DNA from: Candidatus Methanoperedenaceae archaeon
GTDB taxonomy: Archaea > Halobacteriota > Methanosarcinia > Methanosarcinales > Methanoperedenaceae
NCBI GenBank assembly: GCA_963753595.1
Contig: CAVWCX010000023.1
Location: forward strand, 87,538 to 151,537
Direction of reading: 5' to 3'
DNA: 64,000 nt
Below are positions 10,654 to 21,710 of the stretch, piece by piece. Each line of letters opens with the position of its first letter. The stretch's first letter is position 1. The notes under the pieces were generated by a model. The model ran no database searches. It was not told the DNA's origin and saw nothing but the letters and a program-made list of their open reading frames with translations. A program made the translations under genes and the position numbers.

Positions 10654-11563
10654 ATGGAAATATTCTCAATTGTACTGGTTATCGTGGGTCTCATAATATT
10701 TGAGACCATCAGCAGTATAGACAATGCAGTAATTAATGCTGAAGTTCTTTCAACGATGTCCCAGCGGGCCAGGAAATGGTTCTTATTCTATGGATTGTTT
10801 TTTGCCGTTTTTGTAGTGAGGGGAATGCTTCCCTGGTTAATCGTATATGCGACAAATCCATCACTGGGACCTGTCGGTGCGCTTACGGCTACCTTTAGTA
10901 ATGATCCGGCGATCGCAAAGGTGATCGAAGAATCATCGCCTTTCCTGCTCGTCGGGGGAGGAATTTTCCTCATTTTCCTGTTTTTCCACTGGCTTTTTAT
11001 TGAAGCTAAGAACTACGGCCTTCGAGGCGAGACGGTTTTTCCATAAGCATGGAGTCTGGTTCTTTGCGGTTGTTTCCATAATTCTTACTGTAATTGTCTA
11101 TTTCGCATTAAAAGAGCATCCATTTATGGCATTAGGCGCAGTTGTCGGATCAACGGCATTTTTTATAACCCACGGGTTTAAACAAAATGCTGAGCAGCAG
11201 GAAAAGGTGTTAATGGGCGGAGGGAAGATGAGTGACTGGAGCAAGATCCTGTACCTTGAAGTGATAGATGCTACCTTCTCAATAGATGGCGTTGTTGGCG
11301 CTTTTGCGTTCACCCTTTCAGTCCCGCTTATCCTCATCGGTAACGGGATAGGAGCTTTTGTTGTCCGTGAGTTGACTTTAAAGAATATTGAAAACGTGAA
11401 GAGATACATCTACCTGAAAAACGGTGCGATGTACTCGATATTTTTCCTCGGGATCATAATGGTGCTTGACAGTTTCGGAGTTCACATACCAGAATGGGTC
11501 TCACCTGTTATTACAATAAGTGTGATAAGTTATTTCTTCTACAAGTCCAGAAAGTGCTTATAA
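10654..11563 (+). CDS. TerC/DUF475 family membrane protein (split by a +1 frameshift near 11030)
   Basis: SIDNAVINA in the first ORF and LYLEVIDATFSIDGV in the second. Removing one base restores LRGERFFHKHG. Confidence 0.85.
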
Positions 11564-11589
11564 ATCATGATGCAAATATAAGTGATTAG

Positions 11590-12789
11590 ATGAAAACTAT
11601 CCTTTTTGATCCTTTCTGCGGCGCTTCGGGTGACATGACTATAGCTGCTCTTATCGATCTGGGAGCAGATGCAGGAAAGATCAAAACAGCAATGGAACTT
11701 GCCGCCAATGTTGATGTCGAAATATCAAGATCGAACAAGTTAGGAATATCTGCCTGTTCTGTCGAGGTCTCAACGAAAAAAGAGGGCAGCCTTGCATTAT
11801 CGCAAATCGTTACCAGGATAAAAGCCCTGGATCTTCCTTCAATTGTTATCAATGACGCAATTGCAGTGTTTAATATCCTTGGAAAAGCTGAGGCAAAGAT
11901 CCATGGAACAAGTCTTGAAAAACTGCATTTCCATGAACTGGGGCAGGAAGATGCGATCGCGGATATTATAGGGGCATGTACCGCATTCAATGATCTGGGT
12001 TTAAAGGAATATCGGATTTACTGCACACCTGTTTCAGTGGGAATGGGATTTATTGAATTCTCGCATGGGAAATTTCCTGTACCTGCGCCGGCAGCGCTTG
12101 AGATATTAAAGGAATATTCCCTTCCGTGGCATATGGGGCCGGTTGATGGGGAATTGCTGACTCCAACGGGAGCCGCGCTTCTTGCCCATTTTGTGAATGA
12201 GTTGGGAATGATTCCAGTGATGAAAGCGCACAAAATAAGCTATGGGGCAGGAAGTAAAAACATTTTAGTACCAAATGTATTGCGAATTATCAAAGGCGAG
12301 ATCGATGATGCGCTTATTACAGATATGATCGAAATGCTCGAGACAAATGTGGATGATGTCACAGGACAAGTACTTGGGAACCTGATAGAAGAATTATTGA
12401 AGGCCGGAGCAAGAGATGTCTCAATTATTCCGGCAACCATGAAAAAAGGACGAAGCGGTCATATTATCCAGGTGATCTCAAAACCTGAGGATTCACCAAA
12501 CCTTGCAAGAAAGATCATCGAGGAAACGGGCTCACTTGGCGTGAGGATAATACCAATAAAACACAGGTTGATCGCCCAAAGAGTTATGGATAAAGTCTCA
12601 ATTATTTTAAATGGCAAAGAGTTTGAGATCGCAGTGAAAATCGCCAGGGATATGAAAGGTGTTTTGCTAAATATATCCGCAGAATTTGAGGATTGTAAGA
12701 GGGTTTCAAAAGAGTCCGGTATTCCTGTAAGGAATGTTATCCGGCTCACTGAGGAAGATGCAAGGAAGAAGTTTTCCGTGAGCGTTTAA
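11590..12789 (+). CDS. larC: Nickel insertion protein LarC family
   Basis: GASGDM, HFHE, HGKFPVPAPA, GELLTPTGAA, ETNVDD and MKKGR motifs. Confidence 0.93.
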   Translation: MKTILFDPFCGASGDMTIAALIDLGADAGKIKTAMELAANVDVEISRSNKLGISACSVEVSTKKEGSLALSQIVTRIKALDLPSIVINDAIAVFNILGKAEAKIHGTSLEKLHFHELGQEDAIADIIGACTAFNDLGLKEYRIYCTPVSVGMGFIEFSHGKFPVPAPAALEILKEYSLPWHMGPVDGELLTPTGAALLAHFVNELGMIPVMKAHKISYGAGSKNILVPNVLRIIKGEIDDALITDMIEMLETNVDDVTGQVLGNLIEELLKAGARDVSIIPATMKKGRSGHIIQVISKPEDSPNLARKIIEETGSLGVRIIPIKHRLIAQRVMDKVSIILNGKEFEIAVKIARDMKGVLLNISAEFEDCKRVSKESGIPVRNVIRLTEEDARKKFSVSV

Positions 12790-13538
12790 TATCCATCCTG
12801 TAAATCCAGTCATGATCCTGGTACTTTACCAATAATTGATCTGCGGTGTTGATCTCATTTTCTGTCAGTACTCCATGATATGTTCTTATGCCAAGCGCTG
12901 TTTCAAAACCTGCCTTAAGCGCTTTTTTCACACCATCGATATCCATTATTCCCATTTCCTTCAGGGTTATCATCCCTTCCCTCGCAGTAGCTACAGGATG
13001 AAGGTTTTTCGTGGGGTTTTTAAGTACATCTGTCCATAAGCACAAAATCAAAATCCATAAGGAGACTACCATTGATAAGCACCGCTCCATCAAGACGTCC
13101 CTGTGCGTTTCCTGAGATCTTTCGGCCTTTTGAATAAACTGCATTTCGTGCAGGTTCTATTTCACCTCCGGCGCCAAGTGTTATTAAAGCATTCACCACC
13201 CCGCCGAGTACTTTTTCATATGCAGCCTGAATATCGGAGGGTATGATGCCGCCCTCTTTGCCAATACAAGAGTAAAGTATCTGTCCCCCATCGCAAAATC
13301 CGCACCCTCCTCCCAGTATCCTTCGTATTATTCCGATATTGTTTTCTATGCAATAATCAGCATTAATTTCATCTGCCACACATTGGTGATAACCAAGATA
13401 TACTACCGGTGAGCTCACACGCCAGAAAAATATCGTGTCGGGAGAAAGACCAGAGCCGACATTTTTCGCAATGGATTCAAATAGCGCTGCGCTTTTGAAA
13501 CCATCAATTTTATCAAGATCAATGTAACGCCATTTCAA
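12746..13538 (-). CDS. Lipoate-protein ligase A family (split by a +1 frameshift near 13028)
   Basis: LGYHQ, IIRRILGGG and GRKISGNAQ. C-terminal half continues in ORF 12746-13144 (..KYQDHDWIY). Probable TTG start at 13538. Confidence 0.8.
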
Positions 13539-14335
13539 TTTTTCCTTCCTGAAATCATGAAAAACCCGTTCCTGGTCCTGAACCATTTCAACTGTGTTAA
13601 AAAAGATCGAAATACTCCAATATCAGTATTAGGATATGACCCTATATACGAGATATCATTATTTTTGAACCACTGGATCACTTCTATGACCGAATGATAA
13701 CTTTCGTACGGATTGGCGTACTTATCAGCCGCATAAGCTTGTTCGTTAATATTTTTGAATTTTCGCCCGTATATTGACTTCTCAACAAATAACATCCGCC
13801 GGTCAATATCTTCTCCTGCGTTCAGTTTTATCCACATCCTTTTTGCCCTGTGAAGAAAACGCCCGTACCTGTTATATAATCCGATCGTTATTGTTCCTCC
13901 GGGTTTACACAGGTCAGCAAGCACTCTGAATCGCCCATAAGGATCATTTGTATGATGCAGCACCCCCATGCAGAAAATATGATCAAACTTTTTTTCAGTC
14001 TTAAAATCCTTGATATCACATCTATTGAAATCAACATCCAGATTGAAATCTTTTGCGAGTTTTTTTCCCTTTGCGAGTGAAGAACAGCTCATATCTACTG
14101 AGGTCACTTTTGCCCCGTGATATGCAAAATAACATGACTTTTCTCCAGTGCCGCAGCCAGCATCAAGTATTTCTTTTCCGGATAATGAGGCTGTATCCAA
14201 TCCTGCACAGGTGAGTATTTTTGACATTACATTGGCATGAAGTTTTTTTACCAGGTCACTTTCATTCCGGATCGGAAGAGAGGGATATGGGTATCGTTCA
14301 TACAATGAATTTACAGAACATGAAATTTTGTCCAT
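13535..14335 (-). CDS. Class I SAM-dependent methyltransferase
   Basis: YERYPYP, ILDAGCGTG, GVLHH and KPGG motifs. Confidence 0.88.
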   Translation of the reverse strand: MDKISCSVNSLYERYPYPSLPIRNESDLVKKLHANVMSKILTCAGLDTASLSGKEILDAGCGTGEKSCYFAYHGAKVTSVDMSCSSLAKGKKLAKDFNLDVDFNRCDIKDFKTEKKFDHIFCMGVLHHTNDPYGRFRVLADLCKPGGTITIGLYNRYGRFLHRAKRMWIKLNAGEDIDRRMLFVEKSIYGRKFKNINEQAYAADKYANPYESYHSVIEVIQWFKNNDISYIGSYPNTDIGVFRSFLTQLKWFRTRNGFFMISGRKN

Positions 14336-14376
14336 TGGCCTAATGTTAGAACAAATGGATTATATAGATTTGTTTT

Positions 14377-14411
14377 AAAAAAAAAAGAAATGTGAAGGGA
14401 TTACTCCCTTC
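14377..14411 (-). terminator. Hairpin plus U-tract downstream of the S-layer gene
   Basis: GAAGGGA-ttac-TCCCTTC stem at 14394-14411, followed on the minus strand by a 10-T run. Confidence 0.6.
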
Positions 14412-14424
14412 GGATTTTATAGAT

Positions 14425-16926
14425 TTACTTTCTCTGCCTCAATACGAGATATGCTACTGCGAACAATCCTGCGATTGCAGTTATTATCCCAAAGCCCGGC
14501 TCTGTTGGAGTGGTCGTTGCGACAGGTTTACCTTCCGTGCCTGTTGGTTTGACTTCTCCTGCTGTTACTGTCGGGACTACTGTGAGGGTTTTGGTCGGTG
14601 CTGCTGTTGCTTTAACAGTTCCAGTTGCTTTTGCGGTACCTGTTGCTGTAACATCTGTTGGTTCGCCGATCGTGTATTCTACATATGGATAGAATCTCAA
14701 TGTATTGTTATCTGCAATTCTGAATTTCATATTTCCCATAAGGGTTGTTTCTGAATTCTTAGATAAGCTTACAGTGTTCTCGTTATCCATCACGATATTT
14801 GGTGTGAGTGACCTTACTTTGAATACACCGTATTGATCATCTGACTTGATTTCTTTTGCAGTGGTTTCATCGATCAACCATGCATACTTGAATTGTACCA
14901 TGTCTGAGGTAGCGCCTGAGAATATACTGCTTACATATACTGTGAACAATAATGCATCAGATTCTCCGAGAATGGTCTTCTTCTTGTAATATACAGCTTT
15001 TGATTTAGCTACGCCTGTATTCTCTGTTGGGGCCTGACCGATGCCTTCATCGACTACTGCTCCGTCTTTCTTCAGAGTGAACCATACCTGTCTTGGGGTT
15101 GTTCTTGCATCTATGGCGTTGATATTTAACTCATAGCCTGCGCCGAGTGCCCATGTTTCACCGGTTGTAAGGGTCTTCTTATCATCTTTACCCATCTCCA
15201 ATGTCAATTTGGCGATCTTGTTGGTTACGCCTTTTACAGCTACCCATTTCTCAGCTTGCCAGCCAACAACACCATAAGTTGCATCCTGATCTACTTTTAC
15301 AGGATCTGTAACAGTACCTGCGGCATTGAATGTTGATTCTTTCTCATAGACTTTGAACTCAACTGGGGCCTGTCCTGTTGTGTATTTTAACTCGTTCTTA
15401 GCGATTGTTCTGCCTGTATAGGAAGAAACAGGATTAGTTAATTGCAGTGTTTCAGTGGTTCTATCGTATTTGATGTCATAGTAAAATCCAGCCCAGTTAT
15501 AGGAATCCCATTTTGGTGCTCCGACTGTGCTTTCCTGAACTACTGTTCCCCTGGTTTCATAGGTTCCAGCGGTTAAATGTTCTACAAATGGATAGAATCT
15601 AAGTGTATTGTTATCTGCAATACTGAATTTCATATTTCCCATAAGGGTTGTTTCTGAATTCTTGGATAAGCTTACAGTGTTCTCGTTATCCATCACGATC
15701 TTTGGTGTGAGTGATCTTACTTTGAATACACCGTATTGATCATCTGACTTGATTTCTTTTGCAGTGGTTTCATCGATCAACCATGCATACTTGAACTGTA
15801 CCATGTCTGAGGTAGCGCCTGAGAATATACTGCTTACATATACTGTGAACAATAATGCATCAGATTCTCCGAGAATGGTCTTCTTCTTGTAATATACAGC
15901 TTTTGATTTAGCTACGCCTGTATTCTCTGTTGGGGCCTGACCGATGCCTTCATCGATTACTGCTCCGTCTTTCTTCAGAGTGAACCATACCTGTCTTGGG
16001 GTTGTTCTTGCATCTATGGCGTTGATATTTAACTCATAGCCTGCGCCGAGTGCCCATGTTTCGCCGGTTGTAAGGGTCTTCTTATCATCTTTACCCATCT
16101 CCAATGTCAATTTGGCGATCTTGTTGGTTACGCCTTTTACAGCGATCCATTTCTCAGCTTGCCAGCCAACAACACCATAAGTTGCATCCTGATCTACTTT
16201 TACAGGATCTGTAACAGTACCTGCGGCATTGAATGTTGATTCTTTCTCATAGACTTTGAACTCAACTGGGGCCTGTCCTGTTTCGTAAACTAACTTGTTC
16301 TTCTGGATCAGTCTGTCAGCTTGAAGGTTCGCTGGAGAATCATCGGCTTTTATTGTCAACGTTTCAGTTGATCTGTCGTATTTGATGTCATAGTAGAATC
16401 CCTCAAAGTTCAGGGCATTCCATACGAATGGGCTTGCTGGAGACGCTCCATTTGAATAAATATAGCTCCAGATTCTGGGCGCTGTTGCGCTTGCTGTACC
16501 GCCTACAGTTACAACGGAAGTTGCCACAACGCCAGTATTTGTATCTGCGTCGACAAATGTTCCGGTGAAGCTATAAGCGCCTGGTGCTGCTGCTGGTGCA
16601 GTTACTGTATAAGTAAATGCCGTTGCTCCAATTTTAGTAAAGTCTAGTACCTGGCCAGTCTGGACTACATCCGTTGCGGTTGTTGAAACATATGTAAAGC
16701 CTGCTGGTAAAGTCTCAACTACACCGTAAAAGTCTCCTGTTGCTACTACTCCGCCTGGTGTCAACGTTACTATTATCGTCGAACCATTGGCAGGAGTTGT
16801 TGTTGAAAATGATCTCGTTACTGATCCTGTGCTGACTGCTGCCATTGCTGGTGTTGCAATGACACTTAATATAATAGTCATCACAATGAAAAGTAATGAG
16901 ATATTTTTTAATGATACTCTTTTCAT
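14425..16926 (-). CDS. S-layer protein (two Methanosarcinales S-layer/DUF1608-type domains, Thr-rich linker, PGF-CTERM anchor) with an extra N-terminal domain
   Basis: Signal peptide. F.GFYYDI...TETL and LRFYP motifs occur twice. Ends EPGF + TM helix + RQRK. Confidence 0.92.
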   Translation of the reverse strand: MKRVSLKNISLLFIVMTIILSVIATPAMAAVSTGSVTRSFSTTTPANGSTIIVTLTPGGVVATGDFYGVVETLPAGFTYVSTTATDVVQTGQVLDFTKIGATAFTYTVTAPAAAPGAYSFTGTFVDADTNTGVVATSVVTVGGTASATAPRIWSYIYSNGASPASPFVWNALNFEGFYYDIKYDRSTETLTIKADDSPANLQADRLIQKNKLVYETGQAPVEFKVYEKESTFNAAGTVTDPVKVDQDATYGVVGWQAEKWIAVKGVTNKIAKLTLEMGKDDKKTLTTGETWALGAGYELNINAIDARTTPRQVWFTLKKDGAVIDEGIGQAPTENTGVAKSKAVYYKKKTILGESDALLFTVYVSSIFSGATSDMVQFKYAWLIDETTAKEIKSDDQYGVFKVRSLTPKIVMDNENTVSLSKNSETTLMGNMKFSIADNNTLRFYPFVEHLTAGTYETRGTVVQESTVGAPKWDSYNWAGFYYDIKYDRTTETLQLTNPVSSYTGRTIAKNELKYTTGQAPVEFKVYEKESTFNAAGTVTDPVKVDQDATYGVVGWQAEKWVAVKGVTNKIAKLTLEMGKDDKKTLTTGETWALGAGYELNINAIDARTTPRQVWFTLKKDGAVVDEGIGQAPTENTGVAKSKAVYYKKKTILGESDALLFTVYVSSIFSGATSDMVQFKYAWLIDETTAKEIKSDDQYGVFKVRSLTPNIVMDNENTVSLSKNSETTLMGNMKFRIADNNTLRFYPYVEYTIGEPTDVTATGTAKATGTVKATAAPTKTLTVVPTVTAGEVKPTGTEGKPVATTTPTEPGFGIITAIAGLFAVAYLVLRQRK
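14686..16282 (-). repeat. Two near-identical ~695-bp intragenic direct repeats (14686-15379 and 15589-16282)
   Basis: Offset 903 bp. Only scattered substitutions are visible between the copies. Confidence 0.95.
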
Positions 16927-17246
16927 TTTGTGCCTCCTTTAATTCATATATTTTTCATGAGAAGTAATTCACCCAAAAGTGATTCACCCCTCAGGATCTC
17001 AACGGATTACTAATATGTAATTCCGTTAACATTACCCAAATAGTAATTGCCTTCTTAAAGCTTTTGTGGTCGATTCGACAAAAAAACAAGCATACGTAGG
17101 CACAATTGACGAATTGTGATTCACTTAATGTCGATGTTGGGTCGAGTATATTTTAAAAATTTTTTCAGAAGTATTGCCCTCTGAAATAAGTCCTTGCTAT
17201 TTTTAGTGCATATTCTTTTGGTTGGCATGATGCGGCTTGCGGTACA

Positions 17247-20200
17247 TCATCTAAAACGTCTCAAAACAAATACGATCAATAATATGGCTAATGTATCCGC
17301 CAATGTAAGCATACTTGTGTTTTTATTCTCCGGGACTTTCAAACTCCCGCCCTCAATTATGAACTCATGTGAAGATGGCAGGCCCCAATTGTCTTTCCTT
17401 TCCATGGCTTCAATATACACCATATGTTTACCGGATGATAATTTTGATAGATCAATCCGGGCAAATACTTCCTCTGCCTGGGAATCAAAAACCCCATCCA
17501 CAGGATACATCCTGAATTTTTCAGGCTGCAAATCAATATAATACCTTGTATCTCTTACCTTCATTTTATATCCGGCAGATGCAGATGCTTTCAATATTGT
17601 CCTGTTATCTTCTTTTACCAAAGATATTTTCTTAATTGCAGGCGTCACATGCAACCGCGAAATTTCATGAATATTTGATACATGGCAGGATCCACACCTT
17701 TCAAACCTGTGTTCCTCGTCACCTATGTAAACTGCGCCGTAATTATTCCCGGTTGCGGCATGGCAGCTTACGCAGGTCCTCGGGGTTTTGTAACCGGAAG
17801 GATGCGCAGTGATATTTTTCGTTCCCCCGTGGCATGCGCGGCAGGCATTGTTGCCCCCGCCATCTATTGCATCATGCTTTCCAAGGGCTAGTATTTTTTT
17901 CACTGAAAAACCATCCTTCCCATGACATGAAAGACAATTAGCTCCACCGTTGCTGCCATCGAATAGCTGGAGGGAATGGAAATTTTCAGGGATACTCCCA
18001 ACATTAATAGTGGAATTTTCCCATAACCAGCTTGCATTATAACCCGCAAGTGTCTGGTTTTCCATTATTTTCCTGATTTCAGGAGATATGCCGGCTACCT
18101 CATCGAGAATTACCATATTCTTTGGTTTTGCCTGGATTATTCCCGAAACCTTTGCCCTGAAAATAGTAATATTCTTTGGCTGGTTCCCAAGATAATTTAT
18201 GCTCGGGGTAAATTCAAATATGCCCCCCCGATTCACGAGATCCTCGTAAAAATAATCGCCGGTACGCAACTGGAGGAAAGCCACTTCGTCTTTGGTATCC
18301 ACTCCTTTAACTACAAGGCTTGTTCCATCCGAAATATTCCAGGTTTCTCCTTCAAACAGTGACCTGCGTTTTTCCGGCTGGATGGTCACATGCAGGTCTT
18401 TATCTGTAAGAGCCCCTAATAATTGAAGAACAACAGTTTCATCGAAGATTTCATTATCGGTAAAATTGACAATTTCTTTCGTGTAATATATTTCATCTTT
18501 CTCACCGCTGACCCTTTCGATGACTTTATACTTTGCTTTTGGCATTGCTTTCACATGGCATGAATAGCATGCTGTGGTTTTTTTCTCAGGATGGACTCTT
18601 TTTAACCTGAAACCTTCGTACTGGATAAAGCCAGTATCATTTCCTTTGAAAATGCCTGTGATATTCATTACAATTACAGGCACTTTTTCACTTCCGTTGT
18701 CGATAGTGAGGTATTCCTCATATGTATAATTTCCAATACTTACAAGGCTCTTATCTACAGGGATATTTTCTTTTATAAGTTCTATCAGCACGCTGTTTCT
18801 GACGAATGAGACTTCAAGTACTTTGAGGTTAAAACCGAAACCAAAGTCCACAGATTCCCCCTCCATGGCGGTGAATTTGTTATTTTCCCTGTTGAGTTCT
18901 ACAAGTGCCGTCCTGTTCTCGTATATCAACGTAGCATTGCCCCACTTCCTGGAGTTGTCCTCGTTAATATGGCAGTAAATGCAATTGATACTGTCAAACA
19001 GATCGCCTGAGGCAAAATGGGATACGGTTGAATTTATGTTCCTGCCCTGTGAATTTACGCTGTTTACATGGCATTCCTGGCAGTCATTACTGGTTGTTAC
19101 GTTGTAATTGACAACATTATTCGGATTGTCGATCATGCTTGCGTTCCTGAAATGTGAATATATCATAGGAGCGCGGAATTTCTGGCCCAGGGAATGGCAC
19201 TCATCATTGCTGCACTTTTTCGGTGATTTATATCCTGCTGGATGTCCCGAGGGCTTTGTCCCATTGCCATGACAGGCCCAGCATGATGAACTTCCGCCAC
19301 CATTGAGGCCATAATGCACGCTTTTATTGAATGCATCCATGTCTATTCTCTTATCGGGAGGTGCGCCGCCACCCCTGCTGCCATGGCATGAGATGCAATC
19401 AGGCCCGCCTCCGCCCGTTCCGACATTATGAATAAATAAAGCGGTTGTTGCAGGTGAATTTACTCCATGGCAGGCCTTACATGCCGCATCTGAATATTCA
19501 CCCAGGGAGTGGTTATAGAAAGCAGTTCCATCACTTGCTTTTTCGGGAACAAGCCCTGAATTGTCCTGTATTTCAGGCGGTACCGGATAATATGAGTCAC
19601 CATTATAGGAATAATTTCCTGCCGGAACACCACCTTTATAATGACAGTTGGCACACCAGTATGATGTATTTGTTATATTCTGGTTGGGTAAATTTCCAGA
19701 TCGTATGTTTTCCACTTTTCCAAGCGCATTCAAATTGTGTAGAGCCTGTACATGGCAATATTCGCATGAACTGCTGGTATTGCCCCAGTACTCTGGTTGA
19801 GAACCGTTCCACAAGGTGCCAGAGTTGGGATTCACGCTATGGTTCATTGGCGGCAAGATCCATGCTTCAGGGAACATTCTTAGCCCGCTGCCCTGATGGC
19901 AGGTCGTGCAATTTGCAGCAGGAAACGGCAGTCTGAATTTAACGCCACCCGTAAAGTTATGGCAGCTTGTACATCCGGTAACATTAATGGCGCGGTAGCT
20001 TCCGTCAGGCTGGATATATCTTATATTATGAATATCTGAAGGTGTTGCTGTATGACATCTTATGCATTCAACCTTTCCGGAATGTTTGTTTTTCGGTATC
20101 CGATCATTTGAGTGACAGTTATTACAGAAACCAGATGATGGCACGGGTTTTACAATATTTTCCCCATGCAGTTTATCCTGCCCATGACAACTTGTGCAGT

Positions 20201-20802
20201 CGGGGGGAAAACCTGCAGGATGAAATGGATAGATAGAAGAAGCAGTATGGTTACTTATTCTCGTGTTATCCGGGTTTTGCATAACATCCTTATAAATGGT
20301 AGAAGAATTTTGATGGCAGAAAGTGCAATATGTTTTTCCTGGCGGTATGCCAAAACTGGAGTTCCTTCCGTAATGGGCTGCGCTTGCACTGGCGCTGAAC
20401 CTGAAGAGATTTGATGTCTTGTTATGGCAATCAACGCAATCTGCGGTTACAGACAAGGGCAGCGTTCCTGTTGTGATTAGATACTCTCGGAGCAGACGGG
20501 ACAATTCCGTCAACATGGCAATTCTCGCAGGTATATGTTGATACCGGAAATATTGATACAGGTATCCGATGCGGCCCGGAGGTATTGACCGAATAATGGC
20601 ACGCCATACAATCAAGGCTTGTGAGAATTCCTGCTCCATCTGCTGAATTTACATTGACATGAACTCCGATTAGAGAAGTGTCAATAGCGGGGAATGAACC
20701 AATATCAGTCTGATGACATGCCATGCAATCAAGCACTGCACTTCCCGCGTATGCTGATGAAAGATAAAACAATAATGATAGTAAGAACAGAATTTTTTTC
20801 AT
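17247..20802 (-). CDS. Large multiheme c-type cytochrome with S-layer-like domains and C-terminal TM anchor (+1 frameshift near 20456)
   Basis: Signal peptide in ORF 20431-20802. 22 CXXCH plus one CX4CH counted across both frames. Segment RRSLFEGETWNI.. resembles the S-layer segment KKTLTTGETWAL. Confidence 0.9.
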
Positions 20803-21038
20803 ATTAAATACTCACGGATTTCCTGGGACATAATGAACTTCTCATTATTATTATGATATTGTCAATATTGATATATTAATCTTAGTGTTCTGAAATTGTT
20901 AAAATTCAGGATAACAATTCAGATTATATCAATCACTAATAATATTCTTCAGGAATTAAAGCCATTACTTAAGTCGTCTTGTTTAGCATAAATAAAAAAT
21001 TGGGAGATTTTATCTCCCCCATATTATGTTTGAAAGTT

Positions 21039-21353
21039 TCAGACATTCTTGCCAAATTTTTCTATCCAGGAAAAATGCCCGCCTGGTGTTATTATTTTAT
21101 TTCCACCATCTGTCTTGATTACTATTGCTTTTTCAGGAATTGCACTATCTGGATATAATTGACCCTGGCATTCGGCATTTAGGTTACCGCCGCTTGTCAA
21201 AACTAACTTGTAATCTCCCGACCCGGTGTAGTGCATGCCATCTACCCATTCATTCAGGCTACATGTTCCTGAATCGTGGGTTGCTGGCTCTGCAAGTGCA
21301 GCCGGAACCAATAAAGACGTTACGATCAGTAACGCAATTGTTTTTCCAATCAT
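21039..21353 (-). CDS. Small secreted hypothetical protein
   Basis: GGAGG RBS, signal peptide ending ALA-E, two Cys. Downstream GGGAGA/TCTCCC hairpin at ~21002-21018. Confidence 0.7.
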   Translation of the reverse strand: MIGKTIALLIVTSLLVPAALAEPATHDSGTCSLNEWVDGMHYTGSGDYKLVLTSGGNLNAECQGQLYPDSAIPEKAIVIKTDGGNKIITPGGHFSWIEKFGKNV

Positions 21354-21576
21354 TGTTTCACCTCCCTTGAAATTTGATATTTATTGAGCGCCCACCTGAT
21401 GCATACTGTTCCTAAAGCAGTTCTTCTGTTTTTGACTCCCGTTTTTCCCAATAATAAAATGCTTTTACTATATAAATACTTAATCAGCGTTAAAAAAATC
21501 TTTAAAATATCCCTTAAAAAAAAATAAAGTTGTTGATATTCCTATTGGAATACCAACTTAAATTTTGTTTCTTTGT

Positions 21577-21710
21577 CTAACCGCGTAAGTATGCCCTAAC
21601 TACTGCTATAGCATCTGCCTTGGAAATTCCACCGCCAGTTAAGTAGTTTCGGACTGCTGCCACAGCTTCTGTCTTCGAGAAAGTTCCATTGTGGTCTGTG
21701 TCCCAATACT
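21577..21710 (-). repeat. C-terminal EF-hand/dockerin-like module, copy A
   Basis: WDTDHNGTFSKTEAVAAVRNYLTGGGISKADAIAVVRAYLRG. DNA closely matches 26177-26305 and 29763-29893. Confidence 0.9.

Noticed and set aside
20460-20639. Listed N-terminus of the 1130-aa ORF (MEQEFSQ...)
   Set aside because: It is out of frame. The true N-terminus with signal peptide and three hemes is in ORF 20431-20802.
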